This document shows positions 10,130 to 18,819 of a DNA stretch of 64,000 nt, in pieces (position 1 is the stretch's first letter; the number at the start of each line of letters is the position of its first letter). Under the pieces are notes generated by a model. It had not been told where the DNA came from and searched no databases. It saw nothing but the letters and a program-made list of their open reading frames with translations. The stretch spans positions 10,452-74,451 of IMG/VR virus record IMGVR_UViG_3300026256_000121, one strand, 5' to 3'. The stretch comes from a virus. The translations under genes were made by a program, and so were the position numbers.

Positions 10130-10501
10130 TTAAGATACTTCACTTTTACCGTCTTTATTAACATTGCCTACATTAATATATCCAGCACCTCGTGATGTAT
10201 CTTGACCTTGATCTTTAAGAATATTTCTTGCAACATCTTTAAACCAGCCGTCAACAATTTGTTCGTTTGTTTCACCCGTGTATCCGGCATCTAATAGTTG
10301 TTCAATAAATTCATTGTTCCAATCAAGTTCAAAGAATCCATTTTTAATATCTTTTTCATTTACATGAGTATCTAAAACTGCTACCCAAGGCTTCTTAGCT
10401 TTTTGAGCCGCTTTCTTTTCAGCCATTAACAACTCAAGCCTTGATTTTTCTTTAGGTTTATTTGTTGTTTTGGACATTAAGTTTTTTAGTTTATCTAACA
10501 T
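10130..10501 (-). CDS. Hypothetical phage protein
   Basis: 123 aa ORF containing GFFELDWN. Confidence 0.65.
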   Translation of the reverse strand: MLDKLKNLMSKTTNKPKEKSRLELLMAEKKAAQKAKKPWVAVLDTHVNEKDIKNGFFELDWNNEFIEQLLDAGYTGETNEQIVDGWFKDVARNILKDQGQDTSRGAGYINVGNVNKDGKSEVS

Positions 10502-10552
10502 AGTTATATTCCTGATTCTCTAAGTTTATTAAGCTCAATTTCTGTCTTAAGT

Positions 10553-11419
10553 TTAGGTTCCCCAACTGTTTCCGAAGATGTCGACGTGTAGTCTCGGGGT
10601 ATACCTCCATCCCCTCCCCATGGCAAGGGTGGCAACGGTTTTGGCGTTTTCTTGATACTCTTCATAGCATCCACCCACCGCCATACAGTATACTGGACAT
10701 TCCACTTTAGCATCTCTATACTCGGCAACCGCTTTTTCAACTTCGTCGACGTCGACTTTATCAGCAACCACAAATTTAAGATACAAGTGAGTATTGGGTA
10801 CAGTATAATATGAATTAGCAATTTCAGGCTTGATAGCATCACTCCATAGCTCGCCACTGACACTAAGTTTCGGAGAGCAAGACCAAGTTGTATGAAATCT
10901 AGCTTTAGTTGAGATGTAGTCTTTGAAATCATCTCTAAGTTCTTGCGTTGTGTTCGTTTCAAATGTAACATTTTTTAAATCCTCCATTCGAGGATGTTCA
11001 AATAGCTCGATGTACATCCTTTGCCAACCAAGCAATGGTTCACCCCCTGTTATTACTAGGTGGATATCTTGCCCATTATCGCAAGTCCATTTGCCTTCTG
11101 GTGTAAGAGAAAGTAATTCTTCAACTAGCTCATCTAGTTGATAATCCGTAGTAAACTTCTTAAATCTAGGATCCCATGATGCATAACTATCACAACCTGT
11201 ATGCACTAATGGCAAATCTTTCAATACTTTGTACTTATCCGGGTTTTCCTGGTGGTCCTTAGCAATTAGATCATAGTCATTCGCCAATTCACCACGTGGC
11301 ATACCAAAACCACGGCATTTAAAATTACAACCAAACATACGTAAAAATACCGACGGTACACCAACAAATCTACCCTCGCCTTGTACACTATAGAATGATT
11401 CGCATACTCTAGCCTTCAT
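10553..11419 (-). CDS. queE: 7-carboxy-7-deazaguanine synthase (radical SAM)
   Basis: ESFYSVQGEG...FLRMFGCNFKC, ITGGEPL, FETN, CSPKL, RLHV motifs; adjacent to folE. Confidence 0.9.
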   Translation of the reverse strand: MKARVCESFYSVQGEGRFVGVPSVFLRMFGCNFKCRGFGMPRGELANDYDLIAKDHQENPDKYKVLKDLPLVHTGCDSYASWDPRFKKFTTDYQLDELVEELLSLTPEGKWTCDNGQDIHLVITGGEPLLGWQRMYIELFEHPRMEDLKNVTFETNTTQELRDDFKDYISTKARFHTTWSCSPKLSVSGELWSDAIKPEIANSYYTVPNTHLYLKFVVADKVDVDEVEKAVAEYRDAKVECPVYCMAVGGCYEEYQENAKTVATLAMGRGWRYTPRLHVDIFGNSWGT

Positions 11420-11567
11420 ATATCTTCTCCCTTATAACAGCCTTATCGTAGCCTAATCTGGACATCTCGTCCAAAAACTTTTCTTCTGTCCAAGCCCCAT
11501 ACTCAAACATTTGTATTGCTTTGTCCACTTTACGATCCCAAAACTCTCTGACAGGTGATACACTCAT
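11409..11567 (-). CDS. Small hypothetical protein, 52 aa (not in ORF track)
   Basis: MSVSPVREFWDRKVDKAIQMFEYGAWTEEKFLDEMSRLGYDKAVIREKIYEG*; ATGA overlap with folE stop; fills the folE-queE gap. Confidence 0.7.
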   Translation of the reverse strand: MSVSPVREFWDRKVDKAIQMFEYGAWTEEKFLDEMSRLGYDKAVIREKIYEG

Positions 11568-12244
11568 TTTGAATGTCCTTTCATGCTTAAACAGATGTCA
11601 TAAAATTCTTGTTTTAGTGCTGGATCTTCGCTAAATGCACCAAGCATAATAGCAGTAGTCATATCACTCTCGTGTTCTTTAACTCCACGTTGTGTCATGC
11701 AATGATGTTCTGCTTTTACTACTACTGCTACATTAGGTGTTTTTGCAAACCTAACTAATTCGTTTGCAATCTCAGTCGTCATTTCTTCTTGTATTTGTGG
11801 GCGTTCTGCAATATGGTGTACTAGTCTATTAAACTTACTAAGACCAATAACTTCTTCTTCAGGTACAATACCTATCCATGCATTACCTACAATATTCTGA
11901 AAATGGTGGGCACAAGTGGACCTAATACTTATAGGCCCACTCGTGTACAGTGATTTGTAACCCATATTTGGAAAACTAGTAATAGCAGGTCTAGGTTTAA
12001 ATCTGCCAGAAAATATTTCTCTGACATACATCTTTGCTACTCGTCTAGCAGTATCGTTGGTATTATGATCGTGTTCAGTATCAATTACTAGTGCGTCTAA
12101 TACATCACGAAATGCCTCTGCGACTTCATCTTGCAGTAAAGCTATTTCTCCTTCGTGTACAAACTTACTAATGTTATCGTTGGAATGAAACCGTTCACCT
12201 GCTTTTACTAGACGTTGTCTTATTATATCACTTATCTTTTCCAA
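11564..12244 (-). CDS. folE: GTP cyclohydrolase I
   Basis: TARRVAKMY, STCAHH, GLSKFNR, QIQE, HHCMTQRGV motifs; TTG start with GGAGA SD. Confidence 0.95.
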   Translation of the reverse strand: MEKISDIIRQRLVKAGERFHSNDNISKFVHEGEIALLQDEVAEAFRDVLDALVIDTEHDHNTNDTARRVAKMYVREIFSGRFKPRPAITSFPNMGYKSLYTSGPISIRSTCAHHFQNIVGNAWIGIVPEEEVIGLSKFNRLVHHIAERPQIQEEMTTEIANELVRFAKTPNVAVVVKAEHHCMTQRGVKEHESDMTTAIMLGAFSEDPALKQEFYDICLSMKGHSK

Positions 12245-12249
12245 ATCTG

Positions 12250-12280
12250 TTCTCCGATGTTAAGGCAGTGGATTGCCATT
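12250..12280 (-). promoter_or_regulatory. Candidate 5'-UTR RNA element (hairpin/H-type pseudoknot) over the folE SD
   Basis: GGCA-AUCCAC-UGCC hairpin; loop UCC is complementary to GGA of the SD 8 nt downstream. Confidence 0.4.
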
Positions 12281-12292
12281 AATTAATATACT

Positions 12293-12321
12293 ATTATACT
12301 GTATATTTAGGTTATTGTCAA
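12293..12321 (-). promoter_or_regulatory. sigma70-type promoter for folE-queE
   Basis: TTGACA-17-TATAAT, perfect; spacer also contains TAAATA. Confidence 0.8.
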
Positions 12322-12326
12322 GTACT

Positions 12327-12524
12327 TTAAAAATGTTTGTTAGCCATTTCTAGCATATCATTATACTTGGCAATGTTTTCCATCTCAGTACCAATAGTAC
12401 CGATTACATCCGGATGGTCTCCTACTCCAGTAGGATTGGTAAGTAATACCTCAACATTCGCTACTGACTTGGCAATATTACCCTCCATTTGCGCCTTAAA
12501 GGCGTTTAAGAGTTTATCTCGCAT
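12327..12524 (-). CDS. Small hypothetical phage protein
   Basis: 65 aa with NPTGVGDHPD motif. Confidence 0.65.
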   Translation of the reverse strand: MRDKLLNAFKAQMEGNIAKSVANVEVLLTNPTGVGDHPDVIGTIGTEMENIAKYNDMLEMANKHF

Positions 12525-13402
12525 TATACTTCTCCTTTTTTAAATTGCGATGGTAGATATTCTAAAGCAATCATGCGGTGAATTTCTTCATTTAAATGTT
12601 CACCATCCTTGGTATGCTTCGAAACATCAATCTGTTTATTCTGTAAAAACCAATCGTTTACAGAATCTTTTGCAACTTGCATAGTATCAAATGTATAAAA
12701 GTCGTTCATTTGAGGTGGTATCCAAGTTAAGTCATTTAGTCCGAACAGCTTTAGTTCGGCTCCGTATTCTTTACAAAGAGTTTGTAAAATATACATTTCT
12801 TTAAACCATTCTCGTTGGTTCTTTAAACTGTAAATTTCCATCCAAGTTTTTACTTGCATATATGAAGTATCTCTTAAGTCCGGAGTCTTCCAATGAAAGG
12901 ATGGTTTCGTTTCTATTTCTAATTCTGGTTTCTTTTGCATATCAATTGCATGGACTTGTAACGGCATATCAAATGCTTTAAACAATGATAAGTTACGTTC
13001 TTGTTTTGACATGTGTTTACTCCAACAATCGATCTTTCCTTTTGTTGTTTCTTTAAAAAATAAATCTTCTAATTGAATAATGTTCTCATAGTCCGGTGGT
13101 TCTACCCAAGTAACTCTAAAACGATTCCAGTATGTGTTTTGTACTATAACTTCTTTAATATCATCATATTTTCTAAAAAGGAAAGTTAACCACTCGCTAT
13201 ATTCCCACCAACCGTTAGAAGGGTTTGCAAATATAACACCGTCAGCGTCTTTACTATTAATATAATATTCAGCCCAGTTGTTATCATTCCATCTACCTGA
13301 GAATGGCCAAGTTTCATAATTTAATGGTGTATTATCATCAGCAGGCATATTAGCTATATGATATCCACAAGTATGACTACAACCTAGTGCGGCAATTCTC
13401 AT
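12524..13402 (-). CDS. SGNH-hydrolase-like protein
   Basis: N-terminal LGCSHT (GDS-like) and C-terminal DGEH (DxxH). Confidence 0.5.
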   Translation of the reverse strand: MRIAALGCSHTCGYHIANMPADDNTPLNYETWPFSGRWNDNNWAEYYINSKDADGVIFANPSNGWWEYSEWLTFLFRKYDDIKEVIVQNTYWNRFRVTWVEPPDYENIIQLEDLFFKETTKGKIDCWSKHMSKQERNLSLFKAFDMPLQVHAIDMQKKPELEIETKPSFHWKTPDLRDTSYMQVKTWMEIYSLKNQREWFKEMYILQTLCKEYGAELKLFGLNDLTWIPPQMNDFYTFDTMQVAKDSVNDWFLQNKQIDVSKHTKDGEHLNEEIHRMIALEYLPSQFKKGEV

Positions 13403-13791
13403 TCAAACAACCTCATTTGTTGGGGGTCTGGTTCGTGTTTCTTATAATTGCCTTTTTCTGGAATAGCATGGCGTACACCACCTGTTGGGTCTTTCATATC
13501 TGATTTACGTCTAGGAATTAAATGAATGTGCGGATAGTCAATTGTTTGTCCAGCGGCTTCTCCACAATTCTGACCAATATTAAAAGCATCACAATAACCT
13601 CTTTCTACCCAATCATATCCCCATTGGTAAGCGGCCTTGTAAGCCTTTTCTAATCCTGGCCAGTCACGTGTCTTAGGCACGATAAGGACATGGCCTTCAG
13701 TAACAGGATATTTGTCTTTATATACAATAAAGTGTCGTGTATCAATTACAACTTCTCCAGATTTATACCACGGCGTTTCAGTTAATTCCAT
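13399..13791 (-). CDS. HIT family nucleotide hydrolase
   Basis: DKYPVTEGHVLIVP, NCGEAAGQT, YPHIHLIPR; start moved to MELTE after GGAG SD. Confidence 0.9.
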   Translation of the reverse strand: MELTETPWYKSGEVVIDTRHFIVYKDKYPVTEGHVLIVPKTRDWPGLEKAYKAAYQWGYDWVERGYCDAFNIGQNCGEAAGQTIDYPHIHLIPRRKSDMKDPTGGVRHAIPEKGNYKKHEPDPQQMRLFE

Positions 13792-13793
13792 TG

Positions 13794-14012
13794 TTACTCC
13801 TCTTCCCACTCAAGTACACTCATCATTGAATGTAATCGTTTACGGGCTTCATTACGATTAAGTGCTGGTACCCATGCAGTACCTTTATTTTGTTGTACTT
13901 CTAACATTATATCATTATGTGAATCATCTTTAGTAAATGAAATCACATCACTTGTTTTAAACTTTAAAACGAAAACTTCTTTCTTTTTAGTAAATTGTAC
14001 AACATTAGTCAT
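13794..14012 (-). CDS. Hypothetical protein
   Basis: ORF from MTNVVQF, fills operon gap. Confidence 0.5.
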   Translation of the reverse strand: MTNVVQFTKKKEVFVLKFKTSDVISFTKDDSHNDIMLEVQQNKGTAWVPALNRNEARKRLHSMMSVLEWEEE

Positions 14013-14487
14013 CTTTATAACTTCCAACATTCTCCCATGGATATACTAACCATACATCTTCTTCAGCTTTGTTTACTTCATGAGCCCAATACTTAACTTC
14101 CTCAAACTCACTTGATAAATTTTCAGTTAAAACTGCAAAGCGAACATTGTCCATATTATCATTAATACACCAATCATGTTTAATCCATTTAAATGTAGCA
14201 CCTGTATCATTAATGTCGTCTACTACTAAAATATTTTTTCTTTTTGCAACAGCATCTTCAGCCATCCATGTATTAGATTCATTTTTTCTTTTATGATCAC
14301 GTAATGCAACTTTTAATGATTCGCATCTAATATCTAACATATTACTTAATATAGCCGCAGGTATGTTTCCACCTCTTGTAATACCTACAATGTAATCAGG
14401 TATCCATTTATCTTTGTACATACCAAGCACAATTTGTTTGCACATATTTTCTATGTTAGTCCAACTGTAGTAATGTTTTTTAATCAT
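14005..14487 (-). CDS. Type I phosphoribosyltransferase (xanthine-guanine PRT-like)
   Basis: GITRGG, LVVDDINDTGAT PRPP loop, WLVYPWE tail. Confidence 0.9.
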   Translation of the reverse strand: MIKKHYYSWTNIENMCKQIVLGMYKDKWIPDYIVGITRGGNIPAAILSNMLDIRCESLKVALRDHKRKNESNTWMAEDAVAKRKNILVVDDINDTGATFKWIKHDWCINDNMDNVRFAVLTENLSSEFEEVKYWAHEVNKAEEDVWLVYPWENVGSYKDD

Positions 14488-14496
14488 TTATAATCC

Positions 14497-15198
14497 TTAA
14501 CAATGAGCAATTGGATCATGAGTTAATGATGCCATTTGTTCTAATCTATTTTTAGGTTCTTGTTTCTTGCATTTTACAATCTTTATTTTATCGTTTGGTG
14601 TACGACCTTCTATTCCATTACCTGGATATTTTAAAGGTGTTTTAAGCCACTCGTCTCTTCGCTTGTTCATCACCTCTTGTGACACAAACTTTAATGTAGG
14701 TGTAAAACGTTGTCTACCTCGTAACCCTGTTGCTGTATGCGACATTGTACCTGGGAACGTCATAATACGTCCTGGAATCGGTGCTATACTATGAATAATC
14801 TTTTTAGGATCTATTAAAATTTTAGTTTCACCTCCTTCATTAATATCCCAAAAAGTTTGTGGATAAAGTAATAGTGTCATTGCTTTTGGGTCACTATCAT
14901 CAATATGATAGTATGCGTTTTCGCTAGGTGCAAAGATATTGCAAGAAGATTTAAAAAGAGCTAGTCCGTTAAGTTCTGGACAATGTTCTTCACAAAACTT
15001 CCATAACAATTTAAAAGTTTCTGTATGTGTTATTCCTTCACAAGCCAGTCCTGTTGGAACAGGATTTTCTTTATTATCATATGCTCCAAAACTAAAAAGT
15101 AAACTTGAATTTTCTACTTCTAGTTCTCTAATTTTTTCAATAGAAAATACATCATCATATACTGTAACTTGGTCGTTTATATATTTATTTACAATCAT
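14497..15198 (-). CDS. 2OG-Fe(II) oxygenase
   Basis: YYHID, WDINEGGET, HTA...R motifs. Confidence 0.8.
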   Translation of the reverse strand: MIVNKYINDQVTVYDDVFSIEKIRELEVENSSLLFSFGAYDNKENPVPTGLACEGITHTETFKLLWKFCEEHCPELNGLALFKSSCNIFAPSENAYYHIDDSDPKAMTLLLYPQTFWDINEGGETKILIDPKKIIHSIAPIPGRIMTFPGTMSHTATGLRGRQRFTPTLKFVSQEVMNKRRDEWLKTPLKYPGNGIEGRTPNDKIKIVKCKKQEPKNRLEQMASLTHDPIAHC

Positions 15199-15635
15199 AA
15201 GTCGTATTTTTCCTTTAAGTACTTGTCATTATGTATCCAAGTATATCTACCTTTTATTGCTTTTATGAATCCCCATTCTCGTTGCTGTTTGCCCATAATA
15301 AACAATGACCAACACGGAATTTCATTTCCGTCTTTATCTCGTTGTAATTCAAGACGGTGTAAATCAGTTGCTTTAGATCTACGAAAGTGTCCTGGACCAC
15401 GCCAAAATTTACCTTCAGGTGTATGTTCGTAATATCCACCTTTTAAAATTAATGTAGAATAATTCCATGGATGATCATGTAAATCGTCTACATCACTTTT
15501 TAAAATTTTATGTAATGTTACATTAAACGGGAACTTCTTTCGATCTTTCAAGAACAAGTAATACCGAATCAAATAGTCTTTTTTATGATTACGGTCGTAT
15601 ATAATTCTTTTTCTATTTTTAAACCACTTAATCAT
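15195..15635 (-). CDS. Cupin-fold protein
   Basis: LHDHPW, GGYYEH, HRLEL, REWGF motifs. Confidence 0.75.
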   Translation of the reverse strand: MIKWFKNRKRIIYDRNHKKDYLIRYYLFLKDRKKFPFNVTLHKILKSDVDDLHDHPWNYSTLILKGGYYEHTPEGKFWRGPGHFRRSKATDLHRLELQRDKDGNEIPCWSLFIMGKQQREWGFIKAIKGRYTWIHNDKYLKEKYDL

Positions 15636-15979
15636 TCGTCGCCTTCATATGTGTAATCATCTTTAACTAAGTTATATACAGTCATAAATTTTTCATATTG
15701 TACTTTAAGACCAGGGTACTTAGTAATCATATCTTTAATAACTACTTCCGATGGCCAATCAAACATCTTTCTAGTCCATTCAGTACCTAATGGATCATCA
15801 TTTAAGTTTATACTAATAGGTGAACTATTATTATATGTAACAGTACTAGATGGATTATCAACCATTGTAGTACTATCAAATGAAATAGTATACTCGTTAT
15901 CAATTGAAGCTATGGAAGGCTTAGTATCATATGATATGTTAATAGGTGTTTTTGGTAAGATTTTTGTATCAATTGTCAT
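15632..15979 (-). CDS. Hypothetical protein
   Basis: 115 aa ORF in operon. Confidence 0.55.
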   Translation of the reverse strand: MTIDTKILPKTPINISYDTKPSIASIDNEYTISFDSTTMVDNPSSTVTYNNSSPISINLNDDPLGTEWTRKMFDWPSEVVIKDMITKYPGLKVQYEKFMTVYNLVKDDYTYEGDE

Positions 15980-17030
15980 TACATATTTCCTTATAAAGTT
16001 TTTTACCGCTAAAATAATCTGTTTTCAATTTAGCAACCTGCTTTTGTATTAAAGGAAGATACTTATCGTAATTTTCAATATAGTCAATAATTCTTTCTCT
16101 AACTTCTGCTTTATGGTGCGTATAAGATTTAAATGTTGTAGTCCATTCTGATGGATATTTAAATGCTGGTAGTCCCATTTCTTTATAACTTAATCGATCT
16201 GGAACCATTGGAATTGTATCAACCAATGCACCTTCATACCAACTAATACCTAATGTTTCTTGTAAGTTAGCACTAAACACAATTTTAGCACGACCTAACA
16301 AGTTGTGATATTCATTTTTTGTAAGTTGTTGATCTTGACATACAATGAATTCATAATCAGGTAATTCTGTTTTTAATTCTCTAAATATATCTGGTTGCTT
16401 TTCTGGTGCGATTCTATGTGGAAAAAGAATTAAATTTTCTTTAGGCATATTTTTATAACTATCTAAACTATGTGCTAGATATTCCATAGGCCAACCTACA
16501 CGATGTGTTTTTGTTTTATCAACATCATGAAATGTATTTAAAAACATATCGATATGAAAATCTGTAGCAAAAAAGTTATCGTTATAACATTCATACATAC
16601 TTTTTTCAGCATGTCTAACCCAAGGTCTATCGCCAATCAATCTGCCTAAAAAGTCTGCCGGGTCATAACTACCCGCATGCCAAAGACCACCAATGCGAAT
16701 ATTAATACCTAATAGTTCTGCCATATAACGCAGTTGTATAACTGTAGGATTCCAAGCATCAGTATAAAGGAAATAATCATTATCTTTAACTTTTCCTGCA
16801 CAAAACATTTCGCCTATTGTTTCTAATTGTTTACTTTTATAAACATTAGTCCCACCAAAATTAAGAAAGGCCCCAGGCGTTGTAGCCTGAGGGGTCTCTC
16901 CACCGGAAATAACTTCCACAGTAATATCATTTGCACCAGTAGAATTTTGAAGTTGTACGGGAAGATGTTCTTTCCATTGTTTTGTATAACGTGTATCAAC
17001 TGCTTCAATATCTACTATAAAAATTGTCAT
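15969..17030 (-). CDS. GT-B fold glycosyltransferase (GT4-like)
   Basis: FPHRIAPEKQ and SANLQETLGISWYEG (E-x7-E) motifs. Confidence 0.8.
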   Translation of the reverse strand: MTIFIVDIEAVDTRYTKQWKEHLPVQLQNSTGANDITVEVISGGETPQATTPGAFLNFGGTNVYKSKQLETIGEMFCAGKVKDNDYFLYTDAWNPTVIQLRYMAELLGINIRIGGLWHAGSYDPADFLGRLIGDRPWVRHAEKSMYECYNDNFFATDFHIDMFLNTFHDVDKTKTHRVGWPMEYLAHSLDSYKNMPKENLILFPHRIAPEKQPDIFRELKTELPDYEFIVCQDQQLTKNEYHNLLGRAKIVFSANLQETLGISWYEGALVDTIPMVPDRLSYKEMGLPAFKYPSEWTTTFKSYTHHKAEVRERIIDYIENYDKYLPLIQKQVAKLKTDYFSGKKLYKEICNDN

Positions 17031-17032
17031 GC

Positions 17033-17254
17033 TTATGATTTCCTATGGTTATGTTTATTCCTTCGTTGACGGCTTCTAGCCGCTCTTTCTCTTCGAGCTT
17101 TTTCAGGATCTAAAAATGCCTGCCAAACTCTTGACTTTTTGTTATATAAATCGCGTTCGTCGAACTTATATCCTTCAAAGCGACAAAAGTCTCTTAACTT
17201 ATCTAGATCATCAAAGATCTGTACTACGTCGGGTCGATTCGCAAAATAGCCCAC
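17033..17254 (-). CDS. Small basic hypothetical protein
   Basis: 73 aa; AGGAGA SD; Arg/His-rich tail. Confidence 0.65.
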   Translation of the reverse strand: MGYFANRPDVVQIFDDLDKLRDFCRFEGYKFDERDLYNKKSRVWQAFLDPEKARRERAARSRQRRNKHNHRKS

Positions 17255-17271
17255 AATGTGTTCTCCTTCAT

Positions 17272-17688
17272 TTAGCTATGTGCATATTGAACATGGCAAC
17301 CATTTTCACCATCTTCAGAAATGTCAATGTGTACTTCTCTACCTGGATAACGGTCAGCTACTTTTTCATATAAGTCGTCCGCCATCATCTCACAAGATTT
17401 GTAGTCTACATCTAGTTCCCCTTCATATAGTTCCTCCAACCATCTTTTAAATTGTATAAATTCAATATCCCGATCATCATGGAATACTGTAATTGCTATT
17501 TTAAAATGAAAAATATGTCTGTGTGGATATCCTAAAAAGGATACATCAAACTTATCTCCCGTTGCTAATTTTGGATCATCAAGTGCCGCCGGATACTTAT
17601 GTATCCCTTCTTTGCGGAATGTAACCCAGATCATACGTTTTGATGTTCGCATAATTTTTTCTTTGCCTATTGTGTCCATTGTACTCAT
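17272..17688 (-). CDS. dpdL: QueD-like T-fold protein, DpdL-type (putative CDG decarboxylase)
   Basis: LGYPHRHIF matches LxxxHRHxF rather than the QueD CxxxHGH; SCE and EDGENG tail; start uncertain. Confidence 0.65.
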   Translation of the reverse strand: MSTMDTIGKEKIMRTSKRMIWVTFRKEGIHKYPAALDDPKLATGDKFDVSFLGYPHRHIFHFKIAITVFHDDRDIEFIQFKRWLEELYEGELDVDYKSCEMMADDLYEKVADRYPGREVHIDISEDGENGCHVQYAHS

Positions 17689-17717
17689 AGTATACTACCT
17701 TTTTGTTTCTGTGTCAA
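17689..17717 (-). promoter_or_regulatory. sigma70-type promoter inside the 3' end of the upstream gene
   Basis: TTGACA-17-TATACT. Confidence 0.7.
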
Positions 17718-18246
17718 CCTTTACAGGTTCGTCTTTTGAGTACGAATCCCAACCTGTAAATTTTTTACGATCCATCAAATCATGTACTTGGTGTATCCAA
17801 ACACCAGGATTGCTATGATTAAAGTCTGTATCATCGAGTTTAATACAAGCATTATAATTTAAATGATGAATATCTGGTAATTTTATGCTAATCTGTGAAA
17901 TAAATTTATCTTCTGAATTCCAATCATTATCAAGTACCCATTCATGATATTTAATATCATAATCTAAGGTTACCCAATAATTTTTTTCTAGTAAAGGATT
18001 TATAATCTTATTCCACAACTCTACTTCTCCCGGATGTCGTTGCATAAGATCTATATGAAAACTTTGGTTCGCACCCAAATAAATGTGTTGAGAACCGAAA
18101 TGCTCAGCCTGATCAATAATTTCGTCTACGGGTTGAGGACCAACTACAAATAATGTATCCATATCATATGCTGGAGTTTTTTCTACTTCAAACCCAGTAA
18201 AATATGTTACATCTGTTTTTGTACCGCTTGTATATATACGTTCCAT
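17695..18246 (-). CDS. Hypothetical protein in the deazaguanine cluster
   Basis: 183 aa; HIYLGANQSF and SNPGVW motifs. Confidence 0.65.
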   Translation of the reverse strand: MERIYTSGTKTDVTYFTGFEVEKTPAYDMDTLFVVGPQPVDEIIDQAEHFGSQHIYLGANQSFHIDLMQRHPGEVELWNKIINPLLEKNYWVTLDYDIKYHEWVLDNDWNSEDKFISQISIKLPDIHHLNYNACIKLDDTDFNHSNPGVWIHQVHDLMDRKKFTGWDSYSKDEPVKVDTETKR

Positions 18247-18539
18247 TATCTTCCCATTTCAGGATCTTCTTGTACTTGATGATCTACAGAAGTAATCTTT
18301 TTAAAGTCGGGTTTTTCTGCACAACCAATATGCGTCAATTCAACTTTCCAGTCTTTTCTAAGCATATTTTGTACAGCATCTAATCCACGTGACCTAATAG
18401 TTTCCTCCCAATCAAGAACAAATTCAGTACATTCGGGTTTTGAATCGAAGTGTCGTGAAAGAACATTCACAATTTCATCTCGTTGTGTACCATCTGGTTC
18501 AGTTAGTGTGAATGCTAAGAGTAGCATAAATGTCTTCAT
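18246..18539 (-). CDS. Hypothetical protein with hydrophobic N-terminus
   Basis: 97 aa; AGGA SD. Confidence 0.55.
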   Translation of the reverse strand: MKTFMLLLAFTLTEPDGTQRDEIVNVLSRHFDSKPECTEFVLDWEETIRSRGLDAVQNMLRKDWKVELTHIGCAEKPDFKKITSVDHQVQEDPEMGR

Positions 18540-18590
18540 TGTCTTGTCCTTTTGTTTGCCTAAGTGTTTTTATACCTTTACTATTCTATA

Positions 18591-18618
18591 ATTATAACAG
18601 AAAACAGCAATAAGTCAA
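18591..18618 (-). promoter_or_regulatory. sigma70-type promoter
   Basis: TTGACT-16-TATAAT with extended -10 TG. Confidence 0.6.
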
Positions 18619-18621
18619 GCA

Positions 18622-18819
18622 TTATTTTTTCATGAATTTTGCCAATTTTTCTATTTGATCTTTGACCTTAAGTTTTAATTTTTTATGCCTTTTTATTAAT
18701 TCTTTTGTTTGCCAACCTCTGTAGGCGTTTTCTTCACGTTCGTTTTCCATTTGTTCTACTTTGTTATGTAGATAACGGTGTTCGTTCTCTAATCTCTTCT
18801 GTTCCTTGCTCTTGTTCAT
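18622..18819 (-). CDS. Small coiled-coil protein (DUF465/YdcH-like)
   Basis: MNKSKEQKRLENEHRYLH...KKLKLKVKDQI; GGAGG SD; overlaps the TGT-like gene end. Confidence 0.6.
   Translation of the reverse strand: MNKSKEQKRLENEHRYLHNKVEQMENEREENAYRGWQTKELIKRHKKLKLKVKDQIEKLAKFMKK

Noticed and set aside
10504-10971. 155-aa alternative-frame ORF inside queE
   Set aside because: Almost entirely overlaps a well-supported gene; no motifs or SD.
12250-12290. Canonical preQ1-I or THF-II riboswitch upstream of folE
   Set aside because: Lacks the preQ1-I loop consensus and A-rich tail and is too short for THF-II; kept only as a novel candidate.
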